Assembly: GCF_001194135.2 (NCBI RefSeq)
Contig: NC_068982.1
Location: forward strand, 108,747,953 to 108,793,879
DNA length: 45,927 nt
Reading direction: 5' to 3'
From: Octopus bimaculoides
Lineage: Eukaryota
Shown: positions 1 through 10,500 of the stretch, one piece after another
How the letters are laid out: each line of letters opens with the position of its first letter
Position numbering within the stretch: position 1 is the stretch's first letter
The notes under the pieces: model-generated
Databases searched by the model: none
Told to the model about the DNA's origin: nothing
The model's input: only the letters and a program-made list of their open reading frames with translations
Translations under genes and position numbers: made by a program

Positions 1-53
1 CATGCTAGCATGGAAAGCGGACGTTAAACGATGATGATGATGATGATGATGAT
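1..53 (+). mobile_element. 3' tail of the same RTE/SINE family
   Basis: CATGCTAGCATGGAAAGCGGACGTTAAAC(GAT)n, identical to 27431 onward. Further tails at about 21300-21470 (+), 22871-22930 (-) and 45800-45860 (+). Confidence 0.8.
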
Positions 54-298
54 AATGGAAGAAAAAAAGCAAAATATGCTGTATAGAAATTTGAGGACAT
101 TCTGTAGATGTACTCTCAGATGAATGATGTCTGGGCACCTCTCATGAATGGGAAAATTGAAGATGCGCCAAAAACCTCATTGGTACTTGGAAACTTTTAC
201 GAAAATTAAAATTGGGATTAAATGAAAAAAATGAATTACATGAATATCCTCACAAGAGTAATTGAAATAAATGGTGATTGTGGAACCACGCATGCACG

Positions 299-336
<38 letters not shown>

Positions 337-879
337 AAATATGCAGACATCTTTGTGTGTGTGTGTGCATGTGTATGAAAGAGAGAGAGAGTAAATACTA
401 CTTACACACTGCTCTCTCTCTCTGTCTCACACACACACACGCACAGAGACATCCAAAAATGATGGATGCATATGACAACAGACCCCTTGCTACGTCAATA
501 CCGGAAGTTGACATTGAGGAACCTTTTTAAAGAAGTGAATCATAAATATAAAGCAATATTATTTATTTTTAATAGAAAAAATCAAATGAAGAGCCTAACA
601 TTTATCCGAGGTCAAATTATTCATGCATCACAAGTATGGAAGCATTTGGTGAAGTCGATTTCACGTGAAAAGCGAATACACAGACATCTCTGTTTTATAT
701 ATTAGAAGATAATAATTAAGTAACCAAAAGATGGATTTGGTATTAGTCTTTATTTTATACGACAATCGTTTCAACCCATCCTGCTACTGTCCCTTTTAGG
801 TGGGGCACCATGCATCATGTTGTGTTGCATCCATTTTGCAGTTTGGGTCACGTCAGGTACATCCATGCATAAAATGGTG

Positions 880-1060
880 TCTCGCTAAAGATCTTGAGTT
901 CAAGCAGTCATATTGTTATCTGCCCATCTCTCTTCTCAGATTCACATACTTATTGCAGCATTCCTTCAGCTTTTCTAAGACCTGTAAAAGAACTCGGAAG
1001 ACTGGGCCTCCAACCAAGCCTTTCACAATACTCTTAAAGTCAGGATCTCCAAAACTTTGT
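880..1060 (-). mobile_element. Possible mariner transposase C-terminal remnant
   Basis: Reverse strand reads approximately AWLEAQSSEFF..LEKLKECCNKYVNLR, resembling the mariner C-terminus; frameshifted, no TIR found. Confidence 0.4.
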
Positions 1061-2424
1061 AGTTAATGCTTGAACCACTCCTTCCTTTCCAAAACTGCAT
1101 GTTTTTGAAATTCCTTTCCTTACAAATATCAACCCATATGAGCTAAACATCAAACTGAAATTCTCACCCATGTTAGAAGCTTTCCTTTCTTCCTTGCACT
1201 ATGTAAGAAAACATACTCAAGCAACCAAATTTTTAGAAACACTCTAATATAAAAGTATAAAACAATTTTTAAAAATAAAAATAATCTAAACAATTCATTG
1301 CTAGCTTCAGTTGTTGCATTCCATGCCCAACCTCACAGAATAGTATTTAACAACGACGTTGGACCAACTCACTCAGTGTAGTAAGGCAAGAAATCTTAGT
1401 TGTAATTACAGTTCTCATAATGAGAACAATCATTACTTAAATGGCTAAATATTGTCAATGTAGGCAGCAGAGATAAATCTGAAATGTTATTTAATTTTGA
1501 TTAAATATGGAATACAGTGATGAGTGAATCTGATTTTAAGTATTAAGGTTAGTAAGGTGACAACTCTAGACATGTTTCAGTCTTATTAGACCTCATTTAA
1601 TGCAAAATAGCCTAATTATAACTTCTAGATGTTAGAACAACTAGAGATCTAAAAGATTTTCACAAATAAACATATATAATTTTATATATTAAAAAAATGA
1701 CTGGGAAAAAATTGCCCAGCAATACAAGACAGCTAAGGTATTGTTCTTTTCGTAAAACTTTTACCATTATCTTCATCTTAAATATGTCTTTAGACTGGCA
1801 TGGATTTGTCATCTCAATAGTACAGCATTCTTTAATATCTATCAGTATTGTATGATCATATCTCTACAGGTCCTACACTCAAGATCAACATTACTGTCCT
1901 ATCTACATTACTATATTATCTAACATAGTTTAAAACAGTCAGTGTAATTGATTTCTGTATTTCATTTCCTGATCATGAAACTTGTGCCATTCAGCTCTGT
2001 AGTTCACTTTGATCAAACTCTGTCTTTTTTTTTTTCTTTTACTCCTCTTCATTGAGAATAATTTAAGAATGAAAACTCTATTTTTGAAAGAATAAAAGAA
2101 TTTTCCTAAACAGATATACTTTTTTTTTATTCAATCAATTTGGAAGAAAGGGCTGTGCCCATAACTTTCACAAGCTCCCTGAGACTATTGAAACCAACAT
2201 GATAAATGGTTCTTTTGAACATTTGTAAGTCTGTTTACAAAGTGGACACATTATAGGTCATGAGAGAAAGGGAGATGAATGAACCAGGAGAGCAAGAGTG
2301 AAGGTGACAGGAGACCAGACAACTCTAATGAACAGAAGCCACTGTAGTGTAGTAGAAAAGGTAGAGAGAGGACACAGCATATCAGTGGGAGAAAGGTTGG
2401 AGTGTGTTGGTGATTAGTTGAGAG

Positions 2425-3531
2425 TGTAGTGAAACTACCTATCGTCACTAGATACAAAACTACTATCGCCATTACATACAATCTTCTCATTTAAATATAA
2501 ATAAATGCGAGCGTAGTAGAGAACCCATTCCTTATCATCACGTGACTGATTATTATTCGAATCGGCAACCTCTTCGAACCTTTCCCGCCAGAACGCAAAC
2601 TGACCAATCACGACCCCTAATAAGGTCACGTGATAGAGTAAAATTCTGAAGCCATCGGGAGCCCATAGTTTGTTATAAATAGCTTTAACTCGGCAACCAA
2701 ATTTGTCTCGGTCCAGTTTCTCTTTGAGAACTGTTCCGTGTACCACACGACAACAGCAGCAGCAGCCAGCGACCACTTCAGCAGCTTCGTCCAGCCAACG
2801 ATGACTACCGCCGTCTCCATATCAGCAACAAGAGTCTACGACTACTAACCAGCACCTACCAAGCAGCCTCTACGCTACCAGCGTCAACACGATTTACTAT
2901 GTACACCAAACCAAACCTCCGCGGCACATCTCTCTCTTCGATTCTGTTAGGTGACTCAGCTTCACCACGGTAAATAAACAGACAAGAGTTCTTAAACAGA
3001 CAAGAAATTCTCAGCCAGCGACGAACATCTGTATAACAAGAAACACGGCCCGGCATCGATGCCACGACATCACAACTAGTGATCAGCTCTGCCACACTCA
3101 GCCAACTCAGTTTCACAAACAGAACTTTTCCTATAGTGTACTAAAGATCTGGTATAATTGTTCACGTGTTATATATTGACTCTCTTTCCATCTGCTGTAA
3201 TAACTCACATACACATACATGTATCACTCACATACACACTTTTCTTTGCATGATGGCTTGTCTTTGATTATGTTCTTATATGTCGCATTCACACTCTCAC
3301 ACAGACATACATCTTTAACGCCATAATAAATATCTCTGTTATTCATCTAATACGGTTGTGGTCTTTCATTACTGGTCATCTATGTTATCGTCGCATAACA
3401 TATCATCTATATCATCCATCGATATAATATTGTTGTGTTCAACCGTGTGACACGTTTAAATAAAAGGAGTCCTCTGTTTTTCCATTCGTCACCATTTCTC
3501 CTTTTTTGAGTTTGCACGGTCGTCCCTTACA
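2425..3531 (+). mobile_element. Solo LTR (~1.1 kb, probably Ty3/gypsy-type)
   Basis: TGTA...TACA termini, flanks agag/agtg (4-bp TSD with one mismatch), E-boxes at 2539 and 2627, CCAAT 2604, TATAAATA 2674, AATAAA 3325 and 3459; CpG-rich relative to flanks; no PBS or gag/pol adjacent. Confidence 0.65.
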
Positions 3532-4363
3532 AGTGCCATTCTTCAGATGTAATCTTGGATGTTTTTGTAGCAACATTAATCAATTGAGGGTCTCACTGGA
3601 GTTTTGTAGTGGATTTAGTGTGGGCCGGGGAGTAAGCCCTAAAGAAAAAAGGTTAGACTTTGTGATGTAGTTGAGTATGTGTCTTCAGCAGTGGTATTTG
3701 TAGCAATAATGAGGATTCTAAGAGTATTCTGTTTATGCTTAATGGGTGCAATAATGTTTTCTTAATATAGTGATTATATCTGTTAATGTAGACAAGACTT
3801 GCATGTCTCCAATATATAAAAGAAGGAAAGTAAGAAACCAAAAAACCAAATCCACAGATGTGATTCACTAAACACAAGCATCACATTATGGTACCTTCTG
3901 CTATAATAAATATAACAAAATCTTACTTTTTTTGTATAAAACATTTAACCCTCAAATTAAATTCATATGAAATGTTTTTTGAGATATTATATCATGTATA
4001 AATTGGGAGCAATAGTAATATTTACTGTTCTTCTTGCAAAATCCATTTTTTTTTTACTTATATTCATAGAATATAATACATAAAAAATATTTTCAGATCT
4101 TAGAGGTATTGGTCTGATAAGCATCAGTGACTTAAAAAGAGATGGGAAATAAAACAAAGCTAAAAATAACAAGTGTGATAATTTGATAAGTAATCCTTCA
4201 GAATTACATCATTTTGTTTTCTCGTGTGGATTTATCCTTCTAAATCCCACAATATTGAATGATTGAATATCTTTGACGAAGTCTTTGAAATATCAGCAAA
4301 AGAGTATGATCAATGAAATCAAAGAGATTCAAAACGAAAAGTCCAAATTAAATGCTTTGTAAA

Positions 4364-4527
4364 CTAAGAACATTTTTTCAATGAGCAGATCAGATCTTTG
4401 ATTTCTTGTCGTTTTTTCCGTATTTGTTTAGTGGATATACTACACTCAAGAGGAACAGAGTAAGCTTCGATATTCTGACGAACCAGATGTTCACATGTTG
4501 CTATCACATGGATTCCACAGTCATAAC
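4364..4527 (-). CDS. SENP8: SENP8 coding exon 6 (GYDCGIHVIATCEHL...KKRQEIKDLICSLKKCS*)
   Basis: Acceptor ttaacttcag|GT; 164 nt to TAG at 4366-4364; catalytic Cys in YDCG; C-terminal KKRxExKDLI pattern. Confidence 0.94.
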
Positions 4528-7500
4528 CTGAAGTTAAAATTAATAATGAAATATATAAATAAAAGAGTGCAACACAACAACAATTCAAGAAGCAATATAA
4601 AAAGCCATAAATAGTGGAATTTCTCAATGCTGTCAGTTATGTATTACTAATTTTGTTTTACATTAGCAATTTGGAAATAACCATTTCTTAAAGTACATGC
4701 TTTATTTGTGTGGATTCAAAGGTGTGGGAAATTTTCCTTTTATCATTAACAGAAGAAATCAAAGTTCTTTATATTTAGAATACAATTTTTTAAGTTTTGC
4801 ATCATAAAAAGTTTTTAATGTTAGATTAACTTATAGTGAATATTAAATTATAGGATGTAGAGTCATAATTGTATATTAAACCGAATAACAATTAATACAT
4901 TTCAAATACAAGTGTTCTTTTGCAAATAGATTCCCAGCTAATAAAGGATTAACATTATTTATCAGGTTCCAAATAAAGTCGTAAATGAATAAATCATGTA
5001 AAGTATGAGACTCTTCTATTCTTTCACTGGTTTCAGTCATTGGATTGCAGCTATACTCGGGCACAACTTTTACAGTTTTAGTTGATTACATCAACCCAAG
5101 CACTTAGTTTGGTGCTTATTTTATGAATTTGGAAGTAGTTAAAATGGAGTCTACCAGACATACTGGGACATTAAAAAAAATGTAACTTGAAACTGCAAGG
5201 TATTTTTGCTTGCAGCAACAATTCTTTGTCAACAAATGCAAGCAAGCAAATATAAATACACACACATCATGCATGCATACACATACACACATTCAGTTCA
5301 CATGAATTGTTGTCAAAGCTCATTCGAAGAAATTTTTTTATCCTAGGCTTTGCAGATGTTAGAACTGAATATCTTTGATAGCACTGATATGAAATGGTGT
5401 ATTGCTAACCAAGCCCAAAAGTAAAGTTTTCAAAGTCTAGGAACTGTCACTGTTGACCAGCAATTATTAATAATTTATTTAAAATCACTACAATTATACC
5501 ATTATGGAATGTAAAAATACTTTTATCCAGTTCAGTGTTAACCACAAAATTCTCTTTTATCCAATTGTAGTTCTGGCCCCTCACTAAACTCATCACTAAT
5601 TTTGGACACCTTTCTATCCTTCTCTGCTCAACCTGGCCCCACTTATGCAAAGATCAAACTATTTCTACCTGCTAGGTCCCAGATCTATACACTCAATAAC
5701 AACCCTCCCCTTATGTTCTACACTGGCCCTTTTTTTTTTTTGACTTGCCAAGTGCTTTAAATTCTCTGTTCTTTATCACCACTGTTGAATCCAGTGCAGA
5801 CTACATACTTGATATCTTAAACCAATGAATTCTAAAAATAGATACTATTCTAACAGAACTATCCAATTCTACAAGCATCCGTTTCAAACCAAAAAACATG
5901 CACCTGCATAGATAATCTCATCCTAACTGAAAAATGATACAGGTAACAAGTGTTTTTCAAGTGTTTCATTTGGCATAATTTTTGTATATCAAATTTCAGT
6001 TACAAGGCGTTAGCTGATCCAAGGCTTTTATAGAAAACAGCTGCCCATAGAGGAAAATTACCAGTGTTATTCCTTTTGTTCAAAATAGATAAGTGTACAT
6101 CACCTTGTCAATTACCAACCAGTCAGCCTCACAAGTTGTATTGTCAAAATGATGGAGCCCTGTGTCAGAGAAACACCCTGGAAACACCCTGGAACTTCTG
6201 GAACTCTTATAACCTTATTTTGTCCTCAAAATTTGGGTCTATCTCTAACTCCAGCTGCTGTGACCAACTCATTGAATTTCTTGAAGACATCACTAGAATC
6301 ACAGATGGCAGCTCCTGGGTGTGGATGTTATCTATCTTGACTTCACTAAAGCCTTTAATTTTGTGCTACACAAACAACTCATGGCATAGCTCTTTGCAAT
6401 GGGCTGGAAGACTACTCTTCATAACTTAGGTCCTTCATTGTCAGTAGAAAAGTGGTAGTCACTGTAAGAAGAAAACATTCTGCACCTTATGCAATGACAT
6501 ATGGTGCCCTACAGGGATCTGTTATTGGTCCCTTGTCATTTGTTGCATACATCAATGAAACAGATGCTAAACTTGAAGCATCTTATTGTGTTTTTCTACA
6601 ATTTAACCTAGACACAATGCAACAATGGCTTGCTGACTGGCAGCTCAAGCTAGTTGTAGTCAAATGTACCACTATACATTTTGAGAATGAAAACCGGGAA
6701 TTTATCAACTCACTCCATAACACCAACTTAAGAAGTCTACTGGTTAACATGACCTTAGCATTGTTGTCAACAATGATCTGTGTTGGATGAACCACATTTT
6801 TAAAATCATCAAAAAGACTGAAAGTGTCTAAGTATCTACCATTTTACCAACTTTTTAAATTCAATACCTCAGCCACTCGTGGACAAATGTATAAAACCAA
6901 AAAAACAGCACAGCACTCTTGACTCAGAAACATTTTTCCAGGTTCAGCATTGTTGTAACATGAATAAACTACACACATCTGTTGTTAACTATCAGGACGC
7001 TGCATCTTACAAAAAATTCCATTCTTCCTGAAATTCACCAACATTACTGTTGACATTCCTATGCACCTGCACTCTTTATAGTTCTTTTAGTGCTCACTTT
7101 TCTGTTGTATTGTATTTTATCTGAATACTGTGCATGTAGTTCTAGCTTTCATTGGTGTCTCTCTTTTTTTGGCTTATTGCTGCTTTCTCTCTCTTCTTTT
7201 ACTCTTCCTGGTGAGTTGTAGTGCACTTGGGCACTATATATAACTTTTATTATTAAAAGAAGAAAATTAATTACCGTTTTCTTGTTGTGGACAATCCATT
7301 TCTTTAAATGTGGCCTTTTTGTCAGCTTTTACATGAAACAAATGATAAGAAATAAAATATGAATTAAGAAATCAATTTACTGAAAACAATTTAAATAAAT
7401 CAGAATGCTTTCCTTTCTGTATAGAAATGAACAGTGTGATATTTAAAGATCATAAACATAGTCAACATTATTTTTAAAAAGATCATATGAATTTTAAGAA

Positions 7501-10500
7501 CAGATATTTTTTATAAACAAACTTTGGAAACACTGAATGTGTTTGGTTTTTTACAGACAAGAAAGTAAATTTCAAACACAATATAGCCATGAAAACAGCA
7601 GAAAGATTGGCTATTTTACCCTTATAAGACAAAAAGTTATCAGCAGACAGCTACAGGAGTTGAACCTGTACCCCTCAGATACAAGCTAAGTACTCTACCA
7701 TTAAGTTAAATGGACCACTGACAATCACTATCAAATTAAATGCTAAATAGTAATAGCTTTTGGAATGTGACAACATTTTGTAAACAAACTTTGGAAGCAT
7801 TGAATATGTTTGGTATTTTACAGACAAGAAAGTAAATTTTGAAAGCAGTATAGCCATGAAAATAGCAGAAAGATTGGATATTTTAACATTCTTAGATACA
7901 AAAAAGTTGCCAGCAGATGGCTACTTGAACTCATGTCCCTCAGATACCAGCTGTGTCTTCATGGCTATACTACATTCAAAATTTACTTTTCTGTCTGTAA
8001 AATACTAGAGATATTTTTCTTTCATTAATCCAAATGTATGTAGAAAATATCTTTGATTCAAAAGTAAAAAAAGTTTACATGTGAAATAAGTCAACATTAC
8101 AATAGCTACAAAGGCTGTGTATTGATAACTTATTTAAACATTACAATATCTAAACAACAGAGATGGTATATTGATTGATGTCATGTACAGTGTAACAGTA
8201 ACTACAGAGGCAGTATATTGTAACCATCATATCATAGCAACTACAGAGTGTAGTGATATCACATCAGAGTAACTACAGTGGTAGTATATTGTAGATATCA
8301 CGTCACAATAACTACAGAAGTGACATATTAACCTCAGTGTAACTACAGAGGTGGTATATTGTAGATATCACATTGCAGTAATTACAGAGGTGGTATACTG
8401 ATATAGCATCACAGTAATTAAATAAAAAGGATGTTAGTGATAAAACAACAGTATATTGTTTCTATATTTGAACATCAAGGCAATCTCAGCATTCACAGGT
8501 ATAATAATTATACAGAGAAATACATAAAGTTTTTGTTGCATTAATTGCATTTACTTGAGAAGGTATTATTTTAAACTATTCAATAGATACTAAATATACT
8601 ATAATGCAATTATTCTTTATTACATCTACTCATTAACCTAATTAGATGCTAATTCAGTTTGTATCCTGTGCTGTTGACATGATGTGTACCTGAATAAAGT
8701 ACTGATTCAGTTAAAATTATCCCTAAAACACAGTGTCACAACTCACTATTGCAGGTAGTAGGGTACAACATAGCAGAGAAAAAGTTTTTATAATAATAAT
8801 GAAATTATTGTGTATAGTTCTCAGGTACACTACAACTCATCAAAGGTGCACGTACAGTCAACAGTGTATGAGTCACAATATACATGTGTGCATAAGCATT
8901 GTGAGGGGGATATCAGATGTAATGTTGGTGAATTTCAAGAAGCATGGAGGTTCTAAAGGATGCAATGTCTTGGCAACTAAGAACTGATGCAGGTAGTTTG
9001 TTTCATGCTTCAGCAGCTCTGAGTGTGAAAAAATGTTTCCAAAAGTCATGGGAGCTGTGCTGTTTTCTGACTTTGTAGGCATGCCCACGTGTGTTAGACA
9101 CATGGAGCTGAAAAAGGTGCTCAAGGCGGTTGTTGGCATGATGGTTAGTAATTTTCTGGGTGTTTACCAAGTCAGTTGCCAGACATCATTAGGCCTTAGT
9201 GCTAGGCTTATAACATCCCAAAAATCAGGATAATGTCTCCAGTGTGTCTGAAACATTTTGGCACCACTTATTTGGTATTGCTGATTTAATACTAACTTAT
9301 TTGACATCAAGTGTTTTAATGTTTCTCCCATCCTCCCTGCACTCTCTCTATGTGTGTGAGCATCTAGTTATGTTTCTATGTAAATGTAATCTCTCTCTCT
9401 CTCCCTATCTATCTATATGCATGTTTCTATGTACACCTGTACATGTGTGTGTTTGCTTCTAGCGCCAGAACAGGTTGAATGTCCATTTTGCCATGCTAAA
9501 TAGTCAGCATCCAAACAGCTGCATATAACTGTTTCATTCCTATCTTCAGTGAATCTTTCTCAAAACAATTTTGCCTCATTCATATTTCACAACTGTTAAG
9601 AACCAGTGTTGAATAAATGGTATAAAATAAAATGGATTATGATACATTAACAGAACAGAAAATTTAATTTTGATGAATTTTTTTTCAAATAATTTTTTGG
9701 GCTAACAAGGACTTCAAATCACCTTATATTACACGAATTAAACAGTTTAAACTCTGGATATTCTTACCATTCATATTAGTCTGTATTTTTTGACATAAAT
9801 CTTCAGCAATAGACATATTTGACGGAGACATAGAATCATAATGATAGAATGCATTTCTGAGTCCATTATACATTAACAAACTCCTACAAATAATAAAAAA
9901 ATTATAAATTAAAATTCCTAAAACTAAACAGTTGTACATACATAATAATTTCATTATATGGGGTTTAAAGAACCAAATCATTACTTTTTTTTTGTTTTTG
10001 ATATGTTTAAAAAGATTTTTTTTTTTTAATTGATGAAAGTTAACATATTGTTATTTCTTTCATTTTATTTTGCCTTTTGTTGTTTAGCCTAAAATCAACA
10101 AAGATTGAGCAAACCATAATCAATGGCATTTCAGCTATGTTGACATAGTCAGATTATTCACAGTATTACTAAGCACAAATGAAACAAACCTTTACAGGCG
10201 AATATAAATAAATAAAGAAACAAAATGTTATAATTTCAATTAAAAATGTACTTGCCTTAATAACTCTAGCACAAAATTAATTCAATGAGTAAAGAAGGAA
10301 CTTTGAAAATCATATATTTTGGTTATATTTGTACAGATTTTATACAGTCTGTTGAATACTCATCGTTTGCTTTTCATAAATATTCATATATATATATATA
10401 TATATATACCTTCTCTCTATTTCTGAATAGTTTTAGAAAATTACTCTAATCTTTTCCTTGTTCCTCAAAAGCTATCATGCTGATTGAAATCACAAATGAC

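Noticed and set aside
466-705. 79-aa ORF (and ORFs at 18473-18685, 18967-19242, 12453-12656) as protein-coding genes
   Set aside because: No recognisable domain or splice-consistent partner exons; 12453-12656 is antisense to SENP8 exon 2.
2435-3116. ORFs inside the LTR as gag or env remnants
   Set aside because: Short, on the strand opposite to the promoter signals, with no retroviral motifs.
8150-8420. CRISPR-like repeat-spacer array
   Set aside because: Eukaryotic intron; units are degenerate tandem copies without unique spacers; no cas genes.
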